Of a stretch of DNA of 64,000 bases, positions 31,062 through 40,968 are shown piece by piece. Within the stretch, counting starts at the first letter, position 1; every line of letters starts with the position of its first letter. The stretch is from Deltaproteobacteria bacterium (GTDB lineage Bacteria; Bdellovibrionota; JAJCYS01), in NCBI GenBank assembly GCA_029262815.1, contig JAJCYS010000042.1, forward strand, positions 13,156 through 77,155. The letters are read 5' to 3'. Below the pieces are notes generated by a model. It saw only the letters and a program-made list of their open reading frames with translations, ran no database searches and had not been told where the DNA came from. A program made the translations under genes and the position numbers.

Positions 31062-32675
31062 GTGGAGAAAAGGGTAATACTTGCGTTTCTTCTGAGTTTT
31101 CTCGTGTTGGTAGGTTGGGAAGCATTATTTCCCAGTGCTAAACCCGTACCTGTTCAATCAAACAACTCTTTGATCACTCACTCGTCTAGTACAGACCATT
31201 CGCTCAATGGTAAAACGAGCAAACTTGAAAGCAGGGTGGGTGGATCAGAGGATGTAAACCCTCGACATTCAAAACAAAAAACTACAAAACTGACAACACG
31301 TTTATTTAAACTTTCTAACTCTGTTCTAGATATAGAGTTCACAAACCAGGGGGGTGGGGGAATCTCCAAAGCAGAGCTTAAAGGTTTTTTCGAAACCCCT
31401 GAAAAGAAGAGTCTCTACCGATTGTTTCATATAGTGGAAGCAACACCCTTACTTCAAGTTCAGGGGCTAGTGGGTGTCTCTTGCGATATTTTACACCCAG
31501 ACGTTGAACAGTCCTCTAAATCGAAATTGTCTTTTCATTACAGGTGCGGAGAGCAAGGTTCTTTTTCAATTATCTACGTCATAGGGCGTCAGTATGTTTT
31601 GGATGTGTCTTATGACTTTACGCAGCTAGCCGCTGCAGAAAATAAAGAATTCTGGGTCTCATTTCCAGCAAACTTGCTAGATCGACCCACGCGTTCCTCC
31701 GTCAACCAAGAGGAATTTATTTACGGTCATTCAGACGATCAGGTCGAGCGCGTTTCCTTAACTGCCGAACAAGCTGATATTTCTGTAAATCAGGCGGTTC
31801 AGTGGGTTGCCTTTGGTGATCGGTATTTTTTTGTGGGTGTTTTGTCCCCAGATATTTTTAAACCTAAGATTAATGTTGAGTTTAAAAAAGGAGAAAACTG
31901 GGCAACACACCTGGTCCTTTTGAAATATTTGATCCCACATGACTTGAGTCGAAAAACCTCTCTCCTGTCTACTCAGTTATACCTAGGTCCTAAAGACCAG
32001 AAGCAATTAAGTGGACTTGGGACGATGGGTGAGGTTATTGATTTTGGTTTTTTTGGATTTATTGCTAGTCCTATCTACAGCTTCTTAAAGTTCATGTACG
32101 CACACGTCGTCTCAAATTATGGGATTGCTATTATCATACTCACTATTTTGGTAAGGCTTATGTTTTTGCCCCTTACGCTAAAGGGAATGGGTAATATGCA
32201 GGCCATGCAGCGGATTCAACCTGAGCTTCAAAAACTTAAAGAAAAGCACAAAGATAATCGTGAAAAATTAAATCAAGAGATGGTTGGGTTGTTTCGTGCC
32301 CACAAAGTCAACCCCTTAGGCGGTTGTTTGCCTATTCTGATTCAGATACCGGTCTTTTTTGCACTCTATACGGTGCTTATGAATGCTGTTGACTTGTATC
32401 ACGCTCCTTTCTTTGGTTGGATTCAAGATTTATCGGGTAAGGATCCATACTATGTTTTACCAGCTTTGCTGGGAATTGCCTTTTTTGTACAACAAAAACT
32501 AACCCCATCCACTGTGGACTCAACAACTCAAAAAGTCATGATGGTTATGCCTATCATGTTTACTTTTTTTATGTTGAACCTGCCTGCTGGACTAAACTTA
32601 TATATTTTAACGTCCACTGTGCTTGGGGTTATTCAACAGTTAGCAATCAATCGACGTGCAGCCTCAATCTCGTGA
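31062..32675 (+). CDS. yidC: Membrane protein insertase YidC
   Basis: IDFGFF, NYGIAIIILTILVR, NPLGGCLPILIQIPVF, WIQDLS..DPYY. Confidence 0.97.
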   Translation: MEKRVILAFLLSFLVLVGWEALFPSAKPVPVQSNNSLITHSSSTDHSLNGKTSKLESRVGGSEDVNPRHSKQKTTKLTTRLFKLSNSVLDIEFTNQGGGGISKAELKGFFETPEKKSLYRLFHIVEATPLLQVQGLVGVSCDILHPDVEQSSKSKLSFHYRCGEQGSFSIIYVIGRQYVLDVSYDFTQLAAAENKEFWVSFPANLLDRPTRSSVNQEEFIYGHSDDQVERVSLTAEQADISVNQAVQWVAFGDRYFFVGVLSPDIFKPKINVEFKKGENWATHLVLLKYLIPHDLSRKTSLLSTQLYLGPKDQKQLSGLGTMGEVIDFGFFGFIASPIYSFLKFMYAHVVSNYGIAIIILTILVRLMFLPLTLKGMGNMQAMQRIQPELQKLKEKHKDNREKLNQEMVGLFRAHKVNPLGGCLPILIQIPVFFALYTVLMNAVDLYHAPFFGWIQDLSGKDPYYVLPALLGIAFFVQQKLTPSTVDSTTQKVMMVMPIMFTFFMLNLPAGLNLYILTSTVLGVIQQLAINRRAASIS

Positions 32676-32702
32676 TCATGAGGCTAATGAAGGAGTAAAA
32701 TT

Positions 32703-33677
32703 ATGGAAGCAGAAAACGAACAAAAGCTTATCTTTTCTGGTAGAAACGTTGAAGAAGCTTTGCAAAATGCTCGAGATAAATTAGGACTAGATCCTTTTAC
32801 TCAGCTTTCGTATAAAGTCATTGAAGAAAGTGCAAAGAAGAAGTTTTTGCTGTTTGGCGCACAAAAAAGAGAAGTCCGAATAGAAATTCATTTTTCTAAA
32901 AGTGAGCCGTCTGATGAAGAAGAGGATGATGCACAAATTGTCGCACATCAAGATGTAAAACAAATGGTTGCAGATGTTTGGAATACGACAGCACCTTCAC
33001 CAACCCTCACTAATAGCACGCAACAAAAACAACATCCGAATAGAAGACCTCCCCCCCAGCGGAATAAGCCTGAAGTACGCACTAATAAACGTCGCAAACC
33101 GAGAAATGATAGAAACCAAGATCAGCAACGTCCACAACGAAACGTAAAGGCACCCTCACAAGCTCCCAAAAAACCTGCTGGGCCACCTATTTCAGATGAA
33201 GCCCTTACTGTATTAGGAAACAACGTCAAGTCTTTGTTCGAAAAAATGGGCTTGGATTTAACCCTAACGTTAGAGCGGAGCATTAAAAACCCTGGAATTG
33301 TTAGGGTTCAACCTGAAGGGAAGGATTGTGCGTGGTTATATAGCCAAAAATCAGCCTTTATTCAAAGTCTTGAGGAACTCACTCTGAAGATGTTGAGAAC
33401 TCGTTATGATGAAGAGCAACGGTGTCAACTGTATTTTGTTGGGCTTCGGTCTTTTAGAAGAAGTCATACAAATCCCGTTGATGATAAAAAACTGGTAGGA
33501 GAAGTAGAAAAACACATTGCAAAAATTATTGAAACGGGTGAGCCCGTAGTCATTGGGCCCTACAATGCATTTGAACGACGACTGATTCATCGAAGAGTAT
33601 CCGAAGCAGATGGGTTGACAACTGAGAGCCAAGGAGATGGCTCGTCTAAGATGGTGACCATTCAAAAACTGGCATGA
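32703..33677 (+). CDS. jag: Jag/KhpB (EloR) RNA-binding protein
   Basis: Jag_N GRNVEEAL; low-complexity linker; R3H AFERRLIH..TESQG. Confidence 0.88.
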   Translation: MEAENEQKLIFSGRNVEEALQNARDKLGLDPFTQLSYKVIEESAKKKFLLFGAQKREVRIEIHFSKSEPSDEEEDDAQIVAHQDVKQMVADVWNTTAPSPTLTNSTQQKQHPNRRPPPQRNKPEVRTNKRRKPRNDRNQDQQRPQRNVKAPSQAPKKPAGPPISDEALTVLGNNVKSLFEKMGLDLTLTLERSIKNPGIVRVQPEGKDCAWLYSQKSAFIQSLEELTLKMLRTRYDEEQRCQLYFVGLRSFRRSHTNPVDDKKLVGEVEKHIAKIIETGEPVVIGPYNAFERRLIHRRVSEADGLTTESQGDGSSKMVTIQKLA

Positions 33678-33678
33678 G

Positions 33679-35046
33679 ATGAGCACGCTACCTGATACTA
33701 TTTGTGCGTGCGCGACTTCTTTGCCTTCTCCTATTGCTGTGATTCGGGTTTCCGGATCTGAGACTCTGGAATTATTTTCCAAAGTGTTCAAGGGGTTCGT
33801 GTACCAACCCAATCGAATTCAATGTGTTAATTTGAGCCTCAAACCATTAAGCGATGAAGTAATGATTTGGGCTTCATCAGGCCCACAAACCTTTACAGGT
33901 GAGGACTACGGGGAACTTATGGTTCATGGAGGGCCGGAGTGGGTACGGCAAGTTCTCAAATACCTTGTGTCTCTTGGGGCCCGTCTAGCAGAACCTGGTG
34001 AGTTCTCATATCGTGCTTTTTTACAAGGTAAGATATCTGTATCTAGTGCTTTAGGTATTGGTGCTATTTTAAATAGTAAGACACAGTATGACTTGGCTGC
34101 TATCGCATGTCTTAAAAACAATCAACTACATACACTTTTTGTGGATACGAGGCAGTCTGTTATACGTCTTCATAGCGCCTTGCAAATGACCCTAGATTAC
34201 ACGGAGCAGGGTTATGAAACAAATGAGATTGGGCAAGAGATAAAAGAGGCTGTGGTTGCGTTTGGGGCTTATCTAAAAAAAATGCATGATACTTTAGGGC
34301 CCTTGGCTCAAATCGCTCAAACCCCGACTTTAGTTATTGCTGGGGAACCCAATGTGGGAAAATCGACGCTGTTCAATCAGGTTGTTGGCTATGATCGAGC
34401 GCTCATGAGCCCTATTGCTGGGACAACTCGTGACTATATAAGCTCACCTATGTCTTACGAAGCGTTTCGGTTTGACTTAATTGATACTGCTGGTCTTCGT
34501 GAAACTCAGGACGATTTAGAAAAAATGGGCATTCAAGAAACTGAAAGCTGTCTTGAGAAAGCACAGGGCATTATTCTTGTTTGCGATATTCAAAACCTAA
34601 ATCTTAAAAAGATCGAACGATTTTGCATGCTCCATTCACAGCCTCTTTGGATTCTTGGGAATAAAGCAGATTTATGTAATGACCATCAAATTACTAATTT
34701 TAAAAATACTCTTTCTCAGTTGGCTTTAACGTTTTCGCATATGAGGTACAGCTTATGCTCTTTGAAAGAAAAAAATCTCAGCTCGACTGAGTTATTACCG
34801 CACCTTACATCAAATATGGATAGCGGGTGTGTAACGCCTGGTTCATTTCCTGAACCTGTGCGTACGGTGTGTGAGGATCTCTTGTCTCAAGGACACACCT
34901 GTGTAGACGAGATACAAAAACAAAACTATGACTTAGGGCACATGTTACTCGATCGAATACGTCCAAAGTTGGCGTTACTCACTGGAGAAATTAAGGACGA
35001 GGCTATTTATGACCACCTTTTTGCCTCTTTTTGCCTAGGGAAATAA
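33679..35046 (+). CDS. mnmE: tRNA modification GTPase MnmE
   Basis: DTICA, FTGED, GEPNVGKST, GTTRD, DTAG, NKAD, C-terminal FCLGK. Confidence 0.95.
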   Translation: MSTLPDTICACATSLPSPIAVIRVSGSETLELFSKVFKGFVYQPNRIQCVNLSLKPLSDEVMIWASSGPQTFTGEDYGELMVHGGPEWVRQVLKYLVSLGARLAEPGEFSYRAFLQGKISVSSALGIGAILNSKTQYDLAAIACLKNNQLHTLFVDTRQSVIRLHSALQMTLDYTEQGYETNEIGQEIKEAVVAFGAYLKKMHDTLGPLAQIAQTPTLVIAGEPNVGKSTLFNQVVGYDRALMSPIAGTTRDYISSPMSYEAFRFDLIDTAGLRETQDDLEKMGIQETESCLEKAQGIILVCDIQNLNLKKIERFCMLHSQPLWILGNKADLCNDHQITNFKNTLSQLALTFSHMRYSLCSLKEKNLSSTELLPHLTSNMDSGCVTPGSFPEPVRTVCEDLLSQGHTCVDEIQKQNYDLGHMLLDRIRPKLALLTGEIKDEAIYDHLFASFCLGK

Positions 35047-35080
35047 CGTCCCATAATTGCAAATATGCTATGCAACTTGC

Positions 35081-35614
35081 CTAACCAATCAGAACTCTGT
35101 ATCCCAGATAAAGCAGTGGAATATAGCATATAACTTCATTTCCGAACATTCCCGGGGCTCGAAAAACGGGATGTATGTGATAACCCAACCAAAAAAGAAA
35201 TCTATTCATCACAAAGGTTAAGCATAGGATGGGAATCCAATTTAAATACTCATATCCCAAATGCATACTCAGCACTAAGGACATGACAAGGAATAAAAAG
35301 CATTGTTGATGGGTGTTATCCACATATCTTATATAGACGTGGAGCCTAGGAGGGATATCCGAATGGAGGGGGTTAATGTTCTCAGATAAGAATCGGCTAT
35401 TGGCAACAGCGCCAATTCCCATCAATAAAGAAAGAGCAGGGAATATGTTCCATTTTAAAGTGTATAATACGGCGTCTATTGGACTAGAAGACTCTGGTAG
35501 CGTGAAGTGTACACCATAATAGAGCGCACAGATAAACCCAGTGTTTATAATCAATCCACCTGCTCCACCTGCAAGCACCATCAATTGTTTGTATCTGAGC
35601 GATTTTTCGTGCAT
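35081..35614 (-). CDS. MAPEG-family membrane protein
   Basis: Four hydrophobic segments; RYVDNTHQQ and RFLFWLGY…RAPG pattern. Confidence 0.7.
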   Translation of the reverse strand: MHEKSLRYKQLMVLAGGAGGLIINTGFICALYYGVHFTLPESSSPIDAVLYTLKWNIFPALSLLMGIGAVANSRFLSENINPLHSDIPPRLHVYIRYVDNTHQQCFLFLVMSLVLSMHLGYEYLNWIPILCLTFVMNRFLFWLGYHIHPVFRAPGMFGNEVICYIPLLYLGYRVLIG

Positions 35615-35658
35615 TTCCTTCCCCCTCCGCCTTTTTATAACAAGAATGACTGTTTAGA

Positions 35659-36231
35659 TCACAACCTGCCGGTACTTTTGAGATATCCTCTTGTGTTGAG
35701 AGCTAGTTTCTTTTCTTGAAGCGTTAAAATAGCTTCTTCTGCGGCGACGCGCTTACGATTTTTTGGATCGATTGTTTTTAAAAGCCTTAATGTTTGACGG
35801 ACATAGCCAGCATAAGCTTGAAACCCAATTTTGTTTTGAATCTGTACATATTGCTTCGTTTTTAGAGTGAGTTGAGCCAAGTGCTCCCAAAGCAAAAACT
35901 TTAGAGCCCGTTTCATAGGTCTCAGGTTGTTGTTTGGAACAGCTTGGACCACTTTTTTTTCTAGAAGTGGTGGAGTGAATGGGTTTTTACCGGTGGGTGA
36001 GACCTCCAAAGCAATAATCCGTTCTCGTAATACGCTTATGTTTTCCTGAGTATTCGCCAATTCTTTTTTTAGGATAGATACTTCAGTCTCTAGTTTGGTT
36101 GTTTTTATGGAAGAGGCTGAAGCGTTTTGCTTGATTTTGGCCTGCTGACTTGATTGAAGTCGCGTCTTTTGACATCCAGCCAAAACGATAAGACCACTAA
36201 TTACAGCCAACGCGATTGTTTTTTTGTCCAT
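35659..36231 (-). CDS. Coiled-coil lipoprotein
   Basis: ATG 36231 with GAGGTG SD; lipobox LAG-C; heptad repeats. Confidence 0.75.
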   Translation of the reverse strand: MDKKTIALAVISGLIVLAGCQKTRLQSSQQAKIKQNASASSIKTTKLETEVSILKKELANTQENISVLRERIIALEVSPTGKNPFTPPLLEKKVVQAVPNNNLRPMKRALKFLLWEHLAQLTLKTKQYVQIQNKIGFQAYAGYVRQTLRLLKTIDPKNRKRVAAEEAILTLQEKKLALNTRGYLKSTGRL

Positions 36232-36306
36232 TGATGTCACCTCTAATTTGGAAATAAATTTTCTTGGGTAGTATATCAAAATTACAAAAATGACTGAGAG
36301 AAAAAA

Positions 36307-36322
36307 TGTTCCACGTGGAACA
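36307..36322. promoter_or_regulatory. parS site
   Basis: TGTTCCACGTGGAACA, exact consensus palindrome. Confidence 0.95.
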
Positions 36323-36461
36323 TTGCCAATGTACAGAATAAGGCTAGATCGACACATAATTTTCGCTAAAGCCATCTCCTCATATCCAGGTAAGCTGTGG
36401 ATATATCTAACTATTTGAATATTAAGGCTTTTTCACGCGACGCCTTTTTTTGGATACCCTA

Positions 36462-36477
36462 TGTTCCACGTGGAACA
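36462..36477. promoter_or_regulatory. parS site within a 32-bp perfect palindrome (36454-36485)
   Basis: ATACCCTA-TGTTCCACGTGGAACA-TAGGGTAT. Confidence 0.95.
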
Positions 36478-36535
36478 TAGGGTATTTTGTGATAGGATAT
36501 TTCAAATCTCTGGGAATAGGTAAGTTAGCTTGGGT

Positions 36536-38407
36536 ATGAATTCAAACAAAACAGACAAATTTGATGTACTCATCGTTGGTGGGGGTCACGCAGGGATTGA
36601 GGCTGCATGGGTAGCTTCTAAACGGTGTGCTCGCGTTGCGCTTGTAACTTTTTCGAGAAAAACGATTGGCGCGATGTCGTGCAACCCTGCAATTGGCGGT
36701 CAAGGGAAAGGACAATTAGTCAAAGAGTTAGATGTCTTAGGCGGGGTAATGCCGCGTGTCGCAGACCAAACAGGGATTCAGTTTAAACGTCTAAATACGA
36801 AGAAAGGGCCAGCAGTATGGTCCAGTAGGGCTCAATGTGATAAAGAGGCCTATGCCTTTCGAATGCAGCAATTACTAGAACAGTGCCCAAACTTAACAAC
36901 TCTTGAGGCAGAAGTAATCGGTGTTTCTGGGGCTCACCCAGACTTTATTGTACGAACGAGTTGTGGTCTCTCACTTAAAGCCAAAACCATTATTTTGACG
37001 ATGGGAACCTTTTTAAGAGGGCAAATGCATGTTGGTTCTGATTCGCAAAAGGGAGGTCGGCTGGGGGATGCATCAGCAGATCATTTATCGCAGAGTTTAT
37101 CTGATTCGTATGGGGTAACCTGGCGTCGTTTCAAAACGGGCACTCCCCCTCGTTTGGACTCTGAAAGTATCGATTGGGAACGATTAGAAACACAATCTGG
37201 AGATAGTCAACCTTCTCCATTTTCTCTTTGGACATCTCATGTCTCTAATCAAATTACCTGCGCACTCACGTATACGAACACTGAAATACATGATTTTATT
37301 GAGAAAAACCTGAATCAGTCTCCATTATTCAATGGGCAGATAACATCTATTGGTCCGAGATACTGTCCATCTATTGAAGATAAGATTCACAGGTTTTCGA
37401 GTAGGCAAAGGCATCAAATATTTTTAGAGCCTGAAAGTTTGAGTAGTTCGAGCGTTTATGTGAATGGATTATCCACTTCTTTGCCAAAGGATATCCAGTC
37501 ACACATCGTCGCTCTCATTCCCGGACTCGAACAAGCGCGATTTCTTCGGTATGGGTATGCGGTTGAGTATGACTGTATCGATCCCCAAATATTAACACTA
37601 TCTTTACGGCATAAAAATATGCCCGGTCTGTATTTTGCAGGCCAAATCAACGGAACAAGCGGGTACGAAGAAGCTGCAATACAAGGATTTGTAGCAGGTC
37701 TATCAGCGAGTTGTGAATTAGGTGAAGAGTCGATGCCTGTTTTTCCAAGAGCGACCAGCTACATTGGTGTATTGTTAAGTGATTTAACGAGGCATGGTAC
37801 GTTAGAGCCCTATAGGATGTTTACATCAAGATGTGAACATAGGTTGAGCGTCCGTGAAGATAATGCAATAGAGAGGTTGCTGCCACATTCAATAAAATAT
37901 AATTTACTTTCTCAGGTTGAGATCCAGGGTTGTGAGGATATTATTTCTGGGTATCGCGATCTACTCAAACAAGCTTCTACAGGGCAAGTTAAACTTGCAA
38001 CAGTTCCGCCTAAACTATTTAAAGAAGCCGTACTGGTTGATCAAATGGATATGGACACATTTGTGTCCCTTGCGCAATCTGCCCCTATAAATGGCAAGGG
38101 GATTTTAGAGCGGGCCTTTGTCGAAATTAAGTATGCAGGATATTTAGCTCGGGAACAAAAAGATATTGCAAGGCTTGAAAAAGAAGCGCACATAAAAATT
38201 CCAACCACGCTGAATTTTTTAAGTGTGCCTGGCCTCTCAAATGAAGCTCGAAACAGACTTAGTGAAGCGAGCCCACGCACTGTAGAAGAGGCAAAGCGTC
38301 TATTTGGTGTTACGCCTGCAGATATCTTAGTGCTCCTGAGGTTTATGGGTCGCAAAGGGAAAGGGAAAAAAGATGTTCTACGTGGAACAAAGCCTGAGAT
38401 AAGATAG
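36536..38407 (+). CDS. mnmG: tRNA uridine 5-carboxymethylaminomethyl modification enzyme MnmG
   Basis: GGGHAG, MSCNPAIGG, KTGTPPR, GPRYCPSIEDK, GQINGTSGYEEAA. Confidence 0.97.
   Translation: MNSNKTDKFDVLIVGGGHAGIEAAWVASKRCARVALVTFSRKTIGAMSCNPAIGGQGKGQLVKELDVLGGVMPRVADQTGIQFKRLNTKKGPAVWSSRAQCDKEAYAFRMQQLLEQCPNLTTLEAEVIGVSGAHPDFIVRTSCGLSLKAKTIILTMGTFLRGQMHVGSDSQKGGRLGDASADHLSQSLSDSYGVTWRRFKTGTPPRLDSESIDWERLETQSGDSQPSPFSLWTSHVSNQITCALTYTNTEIHDFIEKNLNQSPLFNGQITSIGPRYCPSIEDKIHRFSSRQRHQIFLEPESLSSSSVYVNGLSTSLPKDIQSHIVALIPGLEQARFLRYGYAVEYDCIDPQILTLSLRHKNMPGLYFAGQINGTSGYEEAAIQGFVAGLSASCELGEESMPVFPRATSYIGVLLSDLTRHGTLEPYRMFTSRCEHRLSVREDNAIERLLPHSIKYNLLSQVEIQGCEDIISGYRDLLKQASTGQVKLATVPPKLFKEAVLVDQMDMDTFVSLAQSAPINGKGILERAFVEIKYAGYLAREQKDIARLEKEAHIKIPTTLNFLSVPGLSNEARNRLSEASPRTVEEAKRLFGVTPADILVLLRFMGRKGKGKKDVLRGTKPEIR
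38374..38389. promoter_or_regulatory. parS site (one mismatch) inside mnmG 3' end
   Basis: TGTTCTACGTGGAACA, 25 bp upstream of parA. Confidence 0.85.
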
Positions 38408-38414
38408 GAATGTT

Positions 38415-39230
38415 ATGAAAAAGATTATATGCGTCTCAAATCAAAAAGGTGGAGTGGGTAAAACCACTACCTCCATTAATTTATCTGCATCTTTAGCTAT
38501 GGCTGGACGGAAGGTTTTGTTAGTTGACCTGGACCCGCAAGGCAACGCTAGCTCTGGACTTGGCTTGAAGAGCAAGGATTATGCACATGCAAATATTTAC
38601 CATGTTTTGCTTGAAGAAATTCCAATAGAGGAAGCCATATATAGAACACAAATTGATTTATTAGATCTTTGTCCCGCGAATAACGATTTGAGTGGTGCAG
38701 AGTTGGAGCTTGTGAATACGATAGGGCGTGAATTGAGACTCAAAAATGTCCTCAAAAAAACATTACCCTATTACGATTATATTTTTATTGATTGTCCTCC
38801 CTCATTAGGGATTTTGACTGTAAATGCATTAGTAGCTGCTAACTCATATTTAATTCCGATGCAGTGTGAGTATTTCGCCATGGAAGGATTAACCAATTTT
38901 TTAAATATTGTCAGTATTGTCCAGTCCAGTTTGAATAAAGAGTTGGCCCGAGAGGGCATAGTTTTAACGATGTACGATTCGAGAAATAACTTGTCTCGCC
39001 AAGTGCGTGACGAAATTCATGAGTACTTTAAAACGGGTATTTTTGAGACACAGATTCCAAGAAATGTCAGACTCAGTGAGTGTCCTAGCCATGGCAAGCC
39101 GGTTTGTTTATATGATCCGACTTCATCCGGTGCAAAAGCATATGCTAAACTTGCCCAAGAGTTTTTGAAAAAGTACAAAGCTAAAGGAAAGCAGAATGAA
39201 AGAGTCCAATTCTCAGAAACAACTTCGTAA
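38415..39230 (+). CDS. parA: Chromosome partitioning ATPase ParA/Soj
   Basis: NQKGGVGKTT, DLDPQGN, IDCPPSLG, IPRNVRLSECPSHG. Confidence 0.97.
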   Translation: MKKIICVSNQKGGVGKTTTSINLSASLAMAGRKVLLVDLDPQGNASSGLGLKSKDYAHANIYHVLLEEIPIEEAIYRTQIDLLDLCPANNDLSGAELELVNTIGRELRLKNVLKKTLPYYDYIFIDCPPSLGILTVNALVAANSYLIPMQCEYFAMEGLTNFLNIVSIVQSSLNKELAREGIVLTMYDSRNNLSRQVRDEIHEYFKTGIFETQIPRNVRLSECPSHGKPVCLYDPTSSGAKAYAKLAQEFLKKYKAKGKQNERVQFSETTS

Positions 39231-40119
39231 AAGAGGGTTAGGCAGAGGGTTAGCTAACCTGCTTGCAAGTACAACTGAACAAGTACAAGAAAATATTGCT
39301 GGAGCGTACAACGCACAAGTCCAATCCCTTACACTGGACCGAATAAGACCGAATGAGAAACAGCCTAGAGAAAAATTTGATGCTGAAGCGCTTCAAACAT
39401 TAGCCGAATCTATCAAAGCGTATGGGGTTATTCAGCCTATTCTTGTCGCCCCAATTCCAGGGTCTTCTCGGTACAGTATTATTGCTGGTGAACGACGGTT
39501 TAGGGCTTCAAAGTTAGCTGGGCAAGCTTCAATTCCCGTTCAAATTTATACTAAGGAATTAGATCACTCCAATACGATGGTTTTAGCTCTCATTGAGAAT
39601 ATTCAAAGGGCAGATCTGTCTCCGATAGAGGAAGCAAAAGCATATCAATGGCTGCTCGAAACCCATGGTATTTCTCAGGATGAGCTTGCAAAACGTGTGG
39701 GGAAGGAACGTTCTAGTATTGCGAATACATTGCGATTACTAAAACTTCATCCCTCTGTACTTAAAGCATTAGATGATGGGTCTTTGTCGGTTGGGCATGC
39801 AAAAGTGATTTGTGGGGTTCCATTTGAGCATCAGTTGGTGGTTTTGTCTGATGTGCAAAAAAAGCACTTATCTGTTAGATCTCTAGAAGAGTGGATAGAT
39901 CGGTATAAGCCTGTGAGCGGGGTAAAGAAACAGTCTCTGAAGCGTGAGAATAAATCAAAGATGGATCCTCAGTACGATCGATTACGCCAACATGCAGAAG
40001 AGCGTCTCAACGCAAGGGTGCTTATTAAACAAACAGGCGCACAAAAAGGGAAATTGGTGATTCATTACCACGATTTAAAGATATTAGGCCAAGTCCTTGA
40101 ATTAATTGGGAAAAAATAA
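39196..40119 (+). CDS. parB: Chromosome partitioning protein ParB
   Basis: GLGRGL, QPR, IIAGERRFRA, ENIQRADL, HTH with ANTLRLL. Confidence 0.97.
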   Translation: MKESNSQKQLRKRGLGRGLANLLASTTEQVQENIAGAYNAQVQSLTLDRIRPNEKQPREKFDAEALQTLAESIKAYGVIQPILVAPIPGSSRYSIIAGERRFRASKLAGQASIPVQIYTKELDHSNTMVLALIENIQRADLSPIEEAKAYQWLLETHGISQDELAKRVGKERSSIANTLRLLKLHPSVLKALDDGSLSVGHAKVICGVPFEHQLVVLSDVQKKHLSVRSLEEWIDRYKPVSGVKKQSLKRENKSKMDPQYDRLRQHAEERLNARVLIKQTGAQKGKLVIHYHDLKILGQVLELIGKK

Positions 40120-40122
40120 TTT

Positions 40123-40455
40123 ATGGAAGGAGATTTTTGCACCTATATTCATGAAACGTGCGAGTTTAAAGGAACCCTAACTTTTGAAGGAACGACTCGT
40201 GTGGATGGGAAAGTGTCTGGTGATATCTTTTCGCATCATATGCTTATCATCGGGCCCACAGGCGTAGTAGACGGTGAAATTCATGTAGGCACTCTAATCA
40301 TCTATGGGTGTGTCAAGGGACGTGTGATGGCGAGTGAGAGGGTAGAGGCCAAGGGTGAGGCCAAAGTTCATGCTGATGTGATGGCTCCCGTCGTTCAGTT
40401 TGCAGAAGGCGTGCTTTTTGATGGGAAAGTGCAAATGAGTCTATTAGAATCTTAA
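40123..40455 (+). CDS. Bactofilin (polymer-forming cytoskeletal protein)
   Basis: Beta-helix repeats FKGTL..RVDGKVSGDI..GVVDGEI; follows parB. Confidence 0.9.
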   Translation: MEGDFCTYIHETCEFKGTLTFEGTTRVDGKVSGDIFSHHMLIIGPTGVVDGEIHVGTLIIYGCVKGRVMASERVEAKGEAKVHADVMAPVVQFAEGVLFDGKVQMSLLES

Positions 40456-40529
40456 TTTGATTAATTGAGCCGAACAGACTAGAATTCAAATGCACAGTTA
40501 CGGGATAGTGTCAAAAAAAGGAATATGTT

Positions 40530-40967
40530 GTGTTTGAAACAGTATTGCAACAGCTAGGTATAAATAGTTCGATCTGGGTTCAGCTTGCGCTATTTATTGT
40601 GGCCTTTTTGATTCTTCACCTGTTCTTTTTTACACCCATGATGAAGTATCTAAAAAAACGTGAAGAAAAAACAACTTTGCTAGCAGAACAAATAAAAGAA
40701 GTGCAAATAAAGTTTGAAGAAAAGCAAACTGCTTATAAAACTGAGAAAGCTAATTTGTATCGTGAAGTGACAGGAATATTGAATGGTTATCGTAAACAAG
40801 CTGAGGGTGCACATCACCAGCTTGTTAATGATGGAAAAACCAAATCACTTGAAACCCTGACTCAGGGTCGTACGGCTTTTATGAAAGAATATGAACAAGT
40901 TAAAAAAGAATTAATCTTGAGAATTAATGAAGCTGAAACAAGCTTAGTTAAAACCCTTTGGCGGTAA
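40530..40967 (+). CDS. atpF: ATP synthase F0 subunit b'
   Basis: N-terminal TM then FFTPMMKYLKKREE coiled coil; first of two b genes. Confidence 0.85.
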   Translation: MFETVLQQLGINSSIWVQLALFIVAFLILHLFFFTPMMKYLKKREEKTTLLAEQIKEVQIKFEEKQTAYKTEKANLYREVTGILNGYRKQAEGAHHQLVNDGKTKSLETLTQGRTAFMKEYEQVKKELILRINEAETSLVKTLWR

Positions 40968-40968
40968 G

